Positions 51,374 through 64,000 of a stretch of 64,000 nucleotides of DNA are shown piece after piece. The notes beneath the pieces were generated by a model, which searched no databases, was not told the origin of the DNA, and saw only the letters and a list, made by a program, of their open reading frames with translations. This DNA is from Hydrolagus colliei (lineage: Eukaryota): NCBI GenBank assembly GCA_035084275.1, contig CM068742.1, positions 123,938,001 to 124,002,000 of the forward strand. The letters are read 5' to 3'. The number at the start of each line of letters is the position of its first letter. Position 1 is the first letter of the stretch. A program made the position numbers and the translations under genes.

Positions 51374-52289
51374 GTGAGCCCTATTTGTTTTCTTTTTCCA
51401 TAGGTTGTATGATCCATACTAAATTCTGGATAGTTATGATTTAGAAGTGCTTTACACTGCTCTAATGAACTAACTAGCAGTAGTTTATTGTAGACAGTTT
51501 ATTCTTATATGAGAGCAGTGCCCAGTATCCTCAGAAGCGATTACGTTTAAATTGTTATTTTAGTTCTATCTGTCCAGTGAAGAACATTGCATTTTGTCTT
51601 ACAAATGTCATATGATTTGTGGAAAAAATATACCGCTCAGGGTACAAATAACAAACTAATTTAACTTGATACATAATGATCTCATATAACGATTTACATG
51701 ATTGTTCTCAGCATAGTGTTTCACAGCTTTTCTTGTAAAGTGTATTGATTGTATTTGTAGATTAATATGGCAGCCAATCTGCATACAGCAATAGTCAACT
51801 AACTAAGCACAAAACGTGAAGCACCAACAATAACAACTTTGATTTATATAGCGCCCTCCACACCGGACCGCATCTCAGAGCGCTTCACAATAACAGATCC
51901 CAGGCCCGAGCCAGGGAAAATATAGGGGAAAGCTGATGATTTCTGGGGGTAATAAGTGACTGCAGCACATGATTGTTGCATTATTCATTCAACTACATCT
52001 GGCAAAGTAAATGTAAATTCTTGCTGGAATAAATTTGTGTGATATTTTCCATAACATGTCTAGAGGGGAGCAAGATAACCACTACCCTTTAAATTCAATG
52101 TTCTTGTGTTTCTTTTCATTGCATTGATCAAGATATAGAATTTCAGTCCTGGAAAATGAACTAATGTTCTATTTCAGGCACACATTCCAAATCCACCAAT
52201 CATTGGTCAGATATAGTATTGATTATAAACAAGACAAAGTTCCCTTTACTCTATACCCAGAAGTTAGTTAACTTCCTTACACGATGACA

Positions 52290-52870
52290 AGATTGTTTTG
52301 GAAGAAGAAGGTCCTTCAGCCCATCTGATACCATTCCTTCAGAACACCCACCCTATAGTGATCTCCCCCACACCCTTCTTACTGCATCAAGCTATGTTTT
52401 CTATCAGTCTAGCATCCCGGCTTCTATCACCTTTCCTGGCACATGTTTTGGTTGTTGATTGCTCTCTGCATAAATAATGTTCTGCTATCTGTCTTGAAGT
52501 TGCCCTTTACAACTCTAAATAAACAGCCTCTTGTTCTACCGTTTTGTTGCATTCAAAAGTGTTGATCTGGGACTACTTAATCCTATCCCATTGCAAATTT
52601 ATGCAGCTTTATGAGGTCCCCTCTGAGTCTTCTTTGCTACAGATTGAAGAGCCCCAGCTTGTCTAATGATTGATCATAGTTCAATCCTCTAACACTGGGG
52701 ATAACTTGTATTGCTCTCTCCTACAGCCTTGACCAGAACTGAATGGAGTATTCAATATGTGGTCTGACCTGAGTTTGATGTCTAGAGATCTAAACACTTT
52801 ACTTATATATCCCAGTATCTGGATTCACTTGTTTATTGCTGCCTCATAATGTTTTGGCATAGTTAGCAAA
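52290..52870 (-). mobile_element. Old CR1 LINE fragment
   Basis: Degenerate match to the CR1 3' ORF2 seen at 18785-19372. Confidence 0.6.
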
Positions 52871-54322
52871 ATGTCAACTAACACTGAGTACATTAGTGGG
52901 AGATCCCAATTGTTCACAGTCTTGTACCAAGTGGAACACATTTCAAGTTGGGAGCAGATAATGTGTCAGTTTGGCAGTTTGGGGTACTTTTGTTTTGGTA
53001 CTTTTTTCTCTGAATTTATAATCTAATGCAGGACAACTCCATTATACCAAGATCAACTGTGTCCAGTATTCCAGAGGCTGTGTTGTAAGACAAATGGACA
53101 AAATGGTTATATCAGGGCATTCACTTTTCACCCACAAATTCACTTTATACTATATTTTGTTAAGTGCTTTGAGACATCTCGGTAATGTGATGCCTCAATA
53201 GGCATTATATCAAATGCAAGTATTATTTTTAATATTGTTATTCAGCTCACTGCTGACCTTACTTCCTACACATTATATATGCACATTGATGTGCAGAGGA
53301 AATACCATTGAGGTGCTTCAGCGCCTTGGGACATCCTCCCGACGTGAAAAGCACTCTATAAATGTAATTTTGTTGTTTGTGATGTCAGCTGCACTCTGCT
53401 CATAGTATAAACCGTGTGGAAGTGATGTCAGCCGCAATCTGGGAGTTGGCTAATGTTTAGCTCAGGAAGCCAGCGAGTCAACCCCATGGGTCAGGTGAAC
53501 CATGCTTCCAGTTAGTGTGAGTCCACAGGACACAAGCATCACAACAACATTACATTTCTATAGTGCCTTTCACATGAAGCTGAAATAACAACATGTTAGG
53601 AGGACTTTCCAAGGTGCTGGACGATCAATGTTCTGGACCTGAGCTGGGTTCAGGATCGGGGAGAATGGAGGGATGGGAGAAATGGGGCATGGTCAAAGAG
53701 AAGGGTCTTGAGGCTGGACTTGAAGGAGGCTAGAGAGGGTGTGAGGCGGAGGGATTGTGGGATGGAATTGAAAAATATAGGGCCTTTCACGTGAAATTAC
53801 ATTTGTGTAGAGCCTTACACGGAAAACTGGATTACACTAAAGATGTAAATAATGCTTGCCCACATACAACAGTTCTAGCCTAGCTCCACTGGCTCCCCAT
53901 CACTGAATGAATTGATTTCAAGATCTTCACATTCATTTTCAAATTTTAGCCAACAACCTAATTACAATTCCATTTACACTTTCCACCACCCATCACTGAA
54001 CTACTGTGTTTCCTGCAGTGTAATACAGGTATGGTGAATTCGAAAAGAAGGTGTATTCTTTTCTTGAACATTCTACAAAAGGACCCCCAACCCCCCCACC
54101 CCCAGCGCAGAGTCAGGCTGCAACACTGTTAAGCATTCCAAAACTGTGGATGGTGCTATAAGTTCAAGTTGTTGTTGTTATTGTTGTACCGTCAAGTGTG
54201 ACCACTTTTTGTTAATTTAACTTAGATAAGTTAACTTGAAAGCTATAACATCTGAAAGAAAAATGTAAAAAAAAGTAATTTTGATTGATTGATTGATTGA
54301 TTGCTTTAACTATATTGAATAG

Positions 54323-54442
54323 GTGAGATCACTTATGGAGGTCGAGTTACAGATGCCTGGGATCAACGATGTCTGCGTACCATCTTAAAGAGATTCTTCG
54401 CACCTAAAACCTTACAGGACGCATACAAGTATTCAGAATCAG
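54323..54442 (+). CDS. DNAH6: DNAH6 exon w28 ([18 protein letters not shown]...YKYSES), followed by a GC donor
   Basis: aatag|GT, TCAG|gcaagt; only the GC donor gives the phase needed for exon w29. Confidence 0.92.
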
Positions 54443-54739
54443 GCAAGTAAACACACTGGAGTAATTTTGTAGATTTGACTACAATAAACAATTTTAGTAA
54501 CTTATTTCTAAGATTGACACTTTCTAAAATTCGACTATTTGTTATATCTATAGCTTCATTTTTCTTTGCTTTGTTGTGGGAACTCATCATACTTATGAAT
54601 ATCCAATCCAGACTAAGAATTCCATGTATTTCTGACCCTATGCATGGAAATTTACTTGAATGTATCTAGAATATATTGCACGCTCTTTACTTAGAGAGAC
54701 ACACCCTGCTTAGAGAGACATACCCTACATACCCACACC

Positions 54740-55085
54740 CTACTCAGCACCTTAGGATGTCATCCCGACGTGAAAGGCGCTCTGCCTCTGTACCTGCTGC
54801 CTCTGTTCTACTGGGTCCGGCCTCCTCCTTGTCCCCCAAATCTTTTGCTTCCCCATTGGTGGCCATGCTTTCAGTCATTATGTCCCCAAACGTTAGAACA
54901 CCCTTCCACAATCCCTTCACCTCAGTCCCTCCTTCCCCATCTTCAAGTTCGCGCCTGAAGATCTTTCTCTCTTTGATCGTGCTTAAGGTCACCTATCCCC
55001 TCCCACTGGTTCCACCATTGTAAAGCGCTCTGAGATGCCGCCCGGCATGCAAGGTCCTATATAAATGCAAGTTGTTGTCGTTGTT
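54740..55085 (+). mobile_element. L2 LINE tail fragments
   Basis: Two L2 tail motifs and (GTT)n end. Confidence 0.75.
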
Positions 55086-55297
55086 CGATATCAGAATAGT
55101 TACTGAAGTGCTATGTATAACAGGAAAGAAAAGGTTTACAAAGGTATCTTCTGAAATCCTGAACTCAAACAAAAGTCTGTTGTAAAACTGCCTAATTATG
55201 TTAGAGATGTTCAAGATAGTCTTTACTCATCAACAATTATTTATGCTTTGAAAATTAAGAGATGAAGAATTTCCATGTCATACAATTTTGTTTTTAG

Positions 55298-55419
55298 GTA
55301 TTTACTACAGTCCTGAAGTGGACACTTTACAGGCATTTAGAGAGTATGTTGAAGTCCTTCCTCTCATTGATGTCCCTGAAATCTTTGGGATGCATGAAAA
55401 TGCTAATCTGAGTTTTCAG
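55298..55419 (+). CDS. DNAH6: DNAH6 exon w29 (GIYYSPE...[15 protein letters not shown])
   Basis: tttag|GT, CAG|gtttg. Confidence 0.94.
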
Positions 55420-55739
55420 GTTTGTATTCATTCAATCTTGTGTTTTAATGAGTTTTACTTGACATATTCCACTACTGCTTATAATAAACAAATGTGTTAC
55501 AAACTTATGATAATATACCAAACAGTTCAAGGAGACATGGTATGAATTGACACTTTTATTCCACCTGTTGTTACTTGAATAGAAGAAAATCCTTCCATAG
55601 TTTTCTTGTCTATTATCTTTTGTGAATTATATTCAAATTTATCATTTACATTATTCAGGGATCAGTGAACTATGAAATGCCTGTGATAGCTGTCTGAACA
55701 CATTTATTTGTGTTAAGATTTATTGGATATACCTTATTA

Positions 55740-56045
55740 TAATAAGAATCCTTGAATTTTATATAGCACTTTTCACATCTTCTAGATGTCTCAAAGCGCT
55801 TCACAGAATATACTGTAAAGACAATTAACTGTATATTTTTGGGCGAAACACAGCAGCCAATTGTGCACAGCAGCGTCCAACAAACAGTTATGGATTGAGT
55901 GACCAAACTATATAATTTTTTTCTTGAGGGATTATTATCAGGCATGTGGAGTAAGGAAACTTGCCCAATGTTTCGCCCTGCTAGCAATCAAACCCAGATC
56001 TCTCGCTTGGGAGGCGAATTCTCTAACCACTGAGCTATGAGACTA
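55740..56045 (-). mobile_element. tRNA/Deu SINE, full length
   Basis: Head, Deu core and tail on minus strand. Confidence 0.88.
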
Positions 56046-56464
56046 CTTTCTATAGTATTTAAACAAACTATATTTCTCAACAAAGACTCTATTGGCCAGG
56101 TTTCAGCCTAGCAAATGATCTTCATGGCTTGCTTACTTCCAAAGGCAGTGAATAATCTCAGCTGTGCCCAAGGTGACCCCTGTGAAGCATGCACGGGTTT
56201 CCCTTTTCTCTAGGCATAAACAATAATTTTGAACTCACTCGGAACAGTCAATCACAACCAGAACTTTGTTTCACAATCAGCTCAGCCCTAGATTGTCCAC
56301 TTCCTGACTACAAGGTACAAATGCAGCAATTCAACAGTGGGAAAGAGATCCTTGCATTCCCTCTGCACAGACTGGCTACTTGTGACCTCCGTTGGCCTCC
56401 CTCCTGATCTTGCCATCCAACCATCTTACAACAATGTAATAATAATAATAATACTTGCATCCAT

Positions 56465-56728
56465 GCGTGAGACATGTGTTCGATTCCAAGCAGGTCAGGG
56501 CGAAACATTGGGCAAGTTTCCTTACTCCACATGCCAAATAATAATCGCTCAAAAAAAAATGGTCATTTCAATCCACCACTCTTTGTGGGACACTGCTGTG
56601 CGCAATTGGCTGCCACGTTTTACCCACAGAGATACACTCAATTCATTTTACAATATATTCTGTGAAGTGCTTTGAGACGTCTAGAAGACGTGAAAAGTGC
56701 TACATCAAATGCAAGGATTATTATTATT
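56465..56728 (+). mobile_element. tRNA/Deu SINE, slightly 5'-truncated
   Basis: B box, Deu core, (TTA)n tail. Confidence 0.88.
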
Positions 56729-57051
56729 TGCAATTGACTAACAGCTGGGTCAATACTTACTATTAGATAAATAGAGGCATGCAGAGTAAGGAAACTCAAC
56801 CAGGCTCAATTGTTTCCATTCTGACATTCTGAGTCAGACGACTGCAGAATGACAGGGTTTGATCTTAGCTGACACTCTAATGCAGTGATAGGGGTGTATT
56901 GTTGTTGTTGCTATCCTTGGAATGAGATGGCAAACTGAGGTGACGTCTGCCTTTTCTCTATTTGATTCCATGGTACTATTTGTAAGGAGAAGGAAGTTTC
57001 TCCTGATCTCTTGGTCAGCAATCCCCCAATGAAATTGGTCATTCATTTCAT

Positions 57052-57282
57052 ATAAACAAAAACGCAAATTACTGGAGATGCTGGAAATATGAAATAGAAA
57101 CAGAAATCATTAGGAACAACAACAAACAATAACAATAAAATTGCCTTTATACCTCGCTTTTATGCCTTCCATGACCCTCGGATCTAATGAAGGGTCGTAG
57201 CCCCGAAACATTGACTCACTTTCCTTTCTCCATAAAAGCTGTCTGACCTGCTGAGTGTTCTCAATGATTTCTGTTTTTGATT
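57052..57282 (+). mobile_element. Penelope-like short element, copy 2 (degenerate hammerhead core)
   Basis: Colinear with 28311-28460; ctaatga-agggtcgtagcccc-gaaac. Confidence 0.6.
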
Positions 57283-57589
57283 CATTTGATGGCTGCTTGT
57301 AGGTTAACACTGTGTAAATTAGTTATCACCCATAAAACACAGTCATTACTGTAAATCCTGTGAAGCTTTTTGGGATGTCCTCTGGACCTGAAAGGCACAA
57401 TACCAAATGTAAGGATTTTATTCTTCGAATATCATGGATGACAATTTTTAAACTGTCACAATCCGCTATTAAAAATGGTCTCTTTCAAGGAAATTACATC
57501 TTTATAGCTGCAGTATTGACACACTCTTTCTATTCTTTTCAGAAGAATAGAATCCCATTTTCATCACTATCTCACTCTTCAAGCTGGGG

Positions 57590-58268
57590 AGATCATCATC
57601 CATGCTTGTGTAACATCCAGGCTTGACTACACCATTTCCCTGCTCACCAGTCTTCCCTCTTCCTTGTACAGGCTGCAGGTTATGCAGTGTGTTTCCTATC
57701 CCACAATGAGCTCTGTGAGCCCATCACCCCTATCCTCACCCAGCTACACTGGCTCTCCATTCCCCCTGAGTATCGGAATTAAAATCCTTGTTTTCACTTG
57801 TATAGTTCTGCAGAGTCTTGCTCCATCCTACCTCTGTGACTTCCTAAAACGCTATCAACCTGTCCACTCAGTAGGTACTAACCCACTCCATGTCCCCTGC
57901 CCTGCCCACTCCACCATTGGAAGTAAAGCCAAATATGTTCACTTTATAGAATATTCTGTGAATCGCTTTGAGACGTTGATAAGATGTTGAAAGTGCTCTA
58001 TCAAATGCAAGGATTATTATTATTATTATTAATGTTTCTGCATCACCTTATTGGAATTCCTTTCTGGATCCCCTCCCTTGCCTCTTTCAAGGCCTGTATC
58101 AAGACCTTTCTCTTCGACCAAGCCTTTGTTCATCCTTCCCAATACCATGCTCCTTTCTCACCACCCCAGTTGACCCCAGCCCACAACTCGGGTACAAACC
58201 CTTGACTGTCCAGCTCCTTGAGATCTCCTCCAAACAGAAAAGAAGCTATATAAATGCAATTTATTGTT
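57590..58268 (+). mobile_element. L2 LINE 3' fragment interrupted by a SINE tail
   Basis: cttgactac and cagctacactggctc motifs; L2 tail; SINE tail at about 57935-58030. Confidence 0.72.
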
Positions 58269-58979
58269 GATAAAATATTCCATGATTTCATTATCTATTA
58301 TTTTTTGTGAAATTTATTGAAATTTTGCCTATTACATCATTCAGCGATTAGTGAACTGTGAAATGCCAATGGGAGCTGTTCCAAGACATTTATTTGTTTG
58401 GGGATTTATTGGAAATAGCCTAAGTAGTAAAAAGTGTCTTTGTACATAATCAAATTACAAATTGTCAGCAAAAGGTTCTGTAAGATTGATTTCAGTCTCT
58501 GACAAATCAATAATTCTCGTCTCACAAGATGTGGGTGACTGTTATTGAATTGAGAGTGCCAGCTTAAAGGCGTGTCGTTTATAGAGCACATTTTGTTTTG
58601 TGTAAAAATACATACTGTGTTTTATCCAAATGGTATTTTAACTCTTAATTGGAAGTTTGTTGCATCTTAAAAAAATGTGCCTAGTAGTGTGCTTGGTATA
58701 AGGTTATGGTATAAGGCCAGGACATTGGGACTCGGTTAAAAGTTTGACACTGTGATTGGGAGGGCTGTGGGGTGGGGAGGACACGATACAATGAGATCAG
58801 GTGAGGCCGAAAGGTCCTTTTCATTTCGACTAACCTTGTGATCTTGTGAATCATGTGAGTGAGGCTCCTGTAACAGTTCAGTTTAACATCGCTTCCTTTA
58901 TAATCGCTGCCATTTATAAACTAGCATTGAAGGGAATGTTTTGCCTAGTGGTCACGAGGAATGAGGTCATGACATCCTC

Positions 58980-59088
58980 AAAACACAAAGGCAGAAATCT
59001 CTGGGAACACTCATTAGGTCAGGCAGCATCTACGGAGAAAGGAAAAATGAGTTAATGTTTCGGGACCACGACCGTCTGTCAGAACTGG
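58980..59088 (-). mobile_element. Penelope-like short element, copy 3 (half)
   Basis: Reverse complement matches cccgaaacatt.actc..ttcctttctcc..gatgctgcctgacct. Confidence 0.6.
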
Positions 59089-59616
59089 GGCATGTAGCTC
59101 AGTGGTTAGAGCACTCAAACTACAAGTGTGTGACCTGCGTTTGAATCCAGGCAGGTCAGGGCAAAACCTTGGGCATGTTCACTTTTATAACATTTCCTTA
59201 CAATCTTTCTTCAAAAAATATTTTCTTCACTCTTTTGGCTTTTCTTTGGCATCCATCTTTGTTACCTTTTGCTGTGTTATGTTAGACATAATTAGGCTTT
59301 TATTTGACCTAGCCTTAAATTCATGTTTTGGAATAACCGTGAGGTAAATCTCATGTTGTATCTCTTGCTGGCATTTGAATAATAATAATAATCATCCTTA
59401 TATTTGGATATTGAGCCTTTCACTTCGCGAGTATGTCTCAAAATGCTTAATTGAAAATTTTGTAAAATGGAGTGACTGTAGTTTGTACATGATGTCAGTG
59501 TTATGAATTGGTAATGCATTCAGCTCTATTCTACAAATTGAGTTATTTTCTGAAGACAGCAAGGATAGTTAAAATACTCTGAACCATAAACCAGTTTGTT
59601 GTTGCTCTTGTTACAG

Positions 59617-59746
59617 CGTCAGGAAACTAACACCATGATATACACCATTCTTGAAGTACAACCCCGCTCTTCAGCACAAGGAACCGGCAAAAGCTCTGAT
59701 GAAATTGTTAATGAAATAGCTAATTCTATCTTATCCAAACTTCCAG
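59617..59746 (+). CDS. DNAH6: DNAH6 exon w30 ([17 protein letters not shown]...GKSSDEIV...KLP)
   Basis: tacag|CGT, CCAG|gtaat; missed by ORF track. Confidence 0.92.
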
Positions 59747-60379
59747 GTAATCACAATCAATATTGTTTTTAAATTTTCAATGTACTCATAACAAGATCTA
59801 AGCACCACATTTGTTCTCTTTCAAAGTTGACTTTGAGAACGTTCAACAATGTTTTTGAATCCACTAAAAACTTTATTGGTTTAGCAGTCATATAACTTGC
59901 CAATGATTATAAACTACTTGAAAACATTTTCAGAATAACTTCCAATACAAAATACAGTTATCAGTCAGAAATATTCAGTCTAACACACAAACAAAAAAAT
60001 TGCAGAAGCAGAAAATCCTGTAAAAACAGTATTATGGAAGAAATATTACTGGATAAATAGAATTTTACCTGTCTTGTATGTTCAGTTAGGATTCCTGTAA
60101 ATTGTTTGTATTGTATAAAAATGTTTATTGATGTTCTAAGACTTTAATTTCATACCACAATTTTGCTGACCTGAAACCCAATTGAATTCATGGCAAAAGC
60201 CAAATAAATCAGTTATTTTGCAACAGAATCCGCTGCTGGATTAAATTTCTCAGTCCACATCTTACTCCATCGAGCATTGTAGAAAGACTTTCATTATCAT
60301 TTAACTCCTCGGGTGCATTGAGCATCAATTAAATTTAGGTTTGGTTTATTCATTTTTGTATGTTGGGTCAGGGATTGTC

Positions 60380-60740
60380 AGTGGAACCTTGTAAGGTATT
60401 GGTTAGAGTTCTTGCCTTGCAAGTGAGAGGATCCAGGTTCACTTCCCAGGCAGGGTGAAACGTTAGGCAACTCCACACGCCTTTGTTTACCAGCAGTAAG
60501 TAGAAACCCAGTTGATAGGCAATTGAAGCATTGTTGTCTGGGAGTAATAATCCCTTGAAAGAAAAATAATAATAATAGTTTGGTCACTAAATCCATGACT
60601 GCTTTTGTGTGCAATTGGCTGCAATGTTTTGTCCACAAAATTTCAATTCACTTTCTGTGAAGTGCTTTGAGACACCCAACGTGATAAGGCGCTGTATCAA
60701 ATGATGTGACAAGATGATATATAAAATGCAAGGATTATGC
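60380..60740 (+). mobile_element. tRNA/Deu SINE (long variant), diverged
   Basis: Head, insert ctttgtttaccagcagtaagtag, Deu remnant, tail. Confidence 0.72.
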
Positions 60741-61177
60741 AAGGTACATTTTTGTGATCTTTTGCTGTTGGTTAAATTAAATTCCTGACGGTTTTGGTCT
60801 ACTTGTGTTTATCCCTACCCTGATCGCCAACATTTTCCATTTCCTCCTAACAATCAATTTATTATTGTCAACCAAGCCATCCCAATATAGTTTGACTATC
60901 CTCCTGGGAAGGGGGCTAAGCAAGGTCTCTTTGGAGCTGAACTGAATCCAAGATGACATACCTGGCAACAGAACGTTAGAATCGAGCCAGCCCTCTGTTC
61001 AATCTTGATAGTCCAAGCCAAGCAGGTCCACAGTGTTCCAGGGCAGTGCTGATGTCAGCACAGCCAGCCTGGTTCATCGGCTGGACCTGGAAAGGCAAAC
61101 CCATCACGGGGAGCAGGGAGTCATCCCACTCAGTTTCTGTTAACCCTGCAAGTCAAAGCGCCGACACATTTGGCTTT

Positions 61178-61850
61178 CAACAACAACAACAAAACTTACA
61201 TTCATATAGCGCCTTTCACGTCGAGAGGACGTCCCAAGGCGCTGTACAGTCAGGTAGGACAAGAGCAGGGTGGGAAGGATCAGGGCAGGATAAAGAATAG
61301 TAGGAAAAGTAACTGTATAGTGGGCAAAACGTGGCAGCCAAATTGCGCACAGCAGTGTCCCACAATCAGTCATGGAAGTGGGACTAGGGGCAAAAGGGGG
61401 TAAAGAAGCAAAAGGGGAGGGGTCGAGGCAGGGGGAAGAATAGCAGGAAAGTCGACTGTGTACTTGTGGGCGAAACGCGGCAGCCAAATTGCGCACAGCA
61501 GTGTCCCCACAAACAATCGGGAAAATGGGGCCAGGGGAGAAAGGGGGAAAAGAGGGTAAGGGGGGAGAGGGAGGGAAAGGTGGGATGGGTTAGGGTTAGG
61601 GAGGAAGAGGGGGGAGAAAGGGGGGTAAGGAAGAGAAGGAGGGAAAGATGGGTGGGGGCAAGATCAGGAAGAGGGAAGAGGGAGGGAAGGGGAAAAGGGA
61701 GGAGAGAAAGTGGGGAAAGGGAGTGAGGGAAGAAGAAGATGGGGGCAGGGGTGGGGGGAACCAAACAACAATAATAAACAACAAAAGCAATAATATTAAC
61801 AACAAAAACAGCAACAAACAACAACCAACAATCGTCCAGCAACCACTCCT
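61178..61850 (-). mobile_element. Family C retroelement 3' region with two tandem Deu cores and an L2-type tail
   Basis: Reverse complement matches 13855-14230; Deu cores near 61310-61375 and 61460-61520; tail ends in (TTG)n. Confidence 0.7.
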
Positions 61851-63009
61851 TTCAGTGAGGTGCTAGCTGGTTAAAGCTTGCCAGATCGCGATATAATGGC
61901 AAGCTATGCGATTTTAGCTGGTTAGACTCCAGCCGTTACCCAACACACACTCTAGGGTCCCCAAGCCTTGGCTCTTGTCAACTTGCATCTAATACTTTCC
62001 TGAATTAGGTAAGCAGGATGTGTTTCTCCAATGAAAAGTGGGTAAAATCGTTACAGCAATCTATCAGTGTCGATTTCCATGTGTAGGTGGGTGCATTGAA
62101 ATCTCAGCTTGGTTTGCATACTATTAACCATGGCGATGGGTTTCCACATGTGTCAGCCACTCGGCTGACCCCTAAAAATCTAGTTTAAATGACTCCCAAT
62201 TGCTGCATTTTTGTTTTCTTACTGCTAGCTTTTGTGTAAATCATCTTTTCCATCCATGTTCCTTTTATTTGAATTTATCTGACGGTTATTTACCAATTCA
62301 TTTATGTTCTGCATAATCATTTAAATCAATTTTGCTGATTCAGTAACAACTTTTAAGAGAGTAGATAATTATTTGGGGAGGACAAGTTTGCAGGGCTATA
62401 GAGAGTGGGGGAGTAGGATTTTCAAAGAGCCAGCGCATATGTAATAGCAGAATGGCCTCCGGTGCGCTATAATTCTGTGTTCCTGCTCATTCTTTGTAAC
62501 CGTCTCTAGATAACACTGGAAGCAAACCAGAGATTATCGCCTTCAGTTGCTGTTATTCATGGACTTTGCCCAAAACCTGCTCACAAGTGCATGTATTCAA
62601 GAATTTAAACAGAAGCACTTTTGAATATTAATTTAAACAGTCTGCTCAGAAATGCTCGCAGCAAAATTTCACATATCTTCTGATTGAACAAACTATCTGC
62701 TACAAAAGTGTCATTATCTGGAAAGATGTCCCTTTATGGGCAGAGATTCAGCTGCAGAGTTTACCATCATCTTTTGAGCTTGGGTCGCTGGAGCATGCAA
62801 TAGGCAATGGGAAATGTCCAATTTGCCACTGGCGCATAACTATTTCTCTAAATTTTTGTATGTTCTTGCATCAGATTTTGGAGACGTGTATCCCCAAAGC
62901 AAAATCTTCTGGTTTGTAAGTGGCTAATATTGAAAAACAAATGGTATTTTAAATTTTTGTTTATTGCATAGTAATTATTAGATACGCTATGGCAAAAAAT
63001 TCATGTGAA

Positions 63010-64000
63010 CAATAACAACAAATTTCCATTTGCATAACACCTTTTTGCATCGGAAGAACGGCCCAAGACGCTGGAATAAGTGTTTCGGACCCGAGCCGGG
63101 GGTTGGAATTGAGGAAGGTGGAAGGCAGGGGTGGAAAGGAGGGTGATCAAAGGCATGGTAGAAGCAGAGGGTCTTGAGACTGGTCTTGAAGCAGGCAAGA
63201 GAAGAATATGGCAAAGGGACTGTCGCATGAAGTTCCAGAGGGTTGGGGCAGAGTGGCTGAAGGTCTGCTTGCCAATGTTATGGTGGCAAGGGATGGGATG
63301 TGCAGGAGGCTGGAACCTGCTGAGCAAAGAGAGCAGGCAGGTTGGTAGGAGGTTAGGACGTCACAGAGGTAGGTCAGGCAAGGATGACGGTGATAGGCTC
63401 ACGGAGCCTGGTATAAGAGAGGACACAGTCGGCAGATTTCTGGATGATATCCACAACCCTACCTCCCCCATTCTCACTGACTCCATTGGCACCCCATCAA
63501 CCATAGGAGTCAATTCAAGATCCCGGTCCTCACCTTCAAAGCCGTCCATGGCCTTGCCCCACCCTACCTCTACAACCTCCTAACCCCTACCAACCTGCCC
63601 ACCCCCTCCACCAAGCAGGCTGCTCCATTTCCCCGACCTACCCACCCCACCATCGACAGGCGAGCTTTCAGCCAGTCTTGTCCTAAGCTCTGGAATTCCA
63701 TCCCGCCATCCCTCTGCCTTGCTCCCTCCCTAGCCTCCTTCAAATCCCGCCTCAAGACCCTTCTCTTCAACGGTCCCATCAGTCGCCCCAAATCCCCCCC
63801 TTTCCCTCCGTCGTCCCCAATCCTTCAAAGGATAGATTTCAAAATCCTTGTCCTCATTTTCAAGGTCCTCCATGACCTTGCCCTCTCTGATCTGCTGACC
63901 CCCTATCAACCTGTCCTCTCCCTATGTTCAGCAGGCACCGGCCTGCTCCATGTCTCCCGCCTGACCCACCCTACCATCGGCAGCTGGGCTTTCAGCCTCT
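63010..64000. mobile_element. Cluster of L2 3' fragments (minus about 63010-63430; plus about 63440-64000)
   Basis: FSHSAPTLWN and LKTL motifs on both strands. Confidence 0.82.

Larger units (their letters stand above)
945..59746 (+). other. DNAH6: Dynein axonemal heavy chain 6 gene, internal portion (30 exons; gene extends beyond both window ends)
   Basis: Spliced exons give one open frame of about 1622 aa colinear with recalled vertebrate DNAH6 (e.g. [85 protein letters not shown]). Splice phases match throughout. Confidence 0.95.

Noticed and set aside
63010-64000. Head-to-head L2 fragments as a possible twin-priming inversion
   Set aside because: The fragments overlap in consensus position and no TSD is visible. 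Independent insertions explain them equally well, and the window ends inside the cluster.
59747-64000. Next DNAH6 exon (expected ...RLNSLTTVLGQEVDRFN...)
   Set aside because: Not found in the remaining sequence. It presumably lies beyond the window, so this is not evidence of truncation.

Overview
Eukaryotic (vertebrate) genomic DNA lying entirely inside one large + strand gene, axonemal dynein heavy chain 6 (DNAH6). I traced 30 consecutive internal coding exons by hand (945..59746, 4867 nt, about 1622 aa). Their splice phases are consistent and they cover the end of AAA3, AAA4, the stalk and microtubule-binding domain, AAA5, AAA6 and the start of the C-terminal domain. One intron is GC-AG. 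The introns are dense in transposable elements: L2 and CR1 LINE 3' fragments, a tRNA-headed Deu-domain SINE, an older SINE family, a separate Deu-bearing retroelement, four young hAT MITEs with 8-bp target duplications, Tigger-like MITEs, and short Penelope-like elements with hammerhead ribozyme cores. This repeat landscape suggests a cartilaginous fish, possibly a chimaera (inference). Most ORFs in the track are spurious or TE-derived. Exon numbers (w1-w30) are window-local. Repeat boundaries are approximate unless a TSD or TIR is given. All family assignments come from recalled motifs, not database searches.
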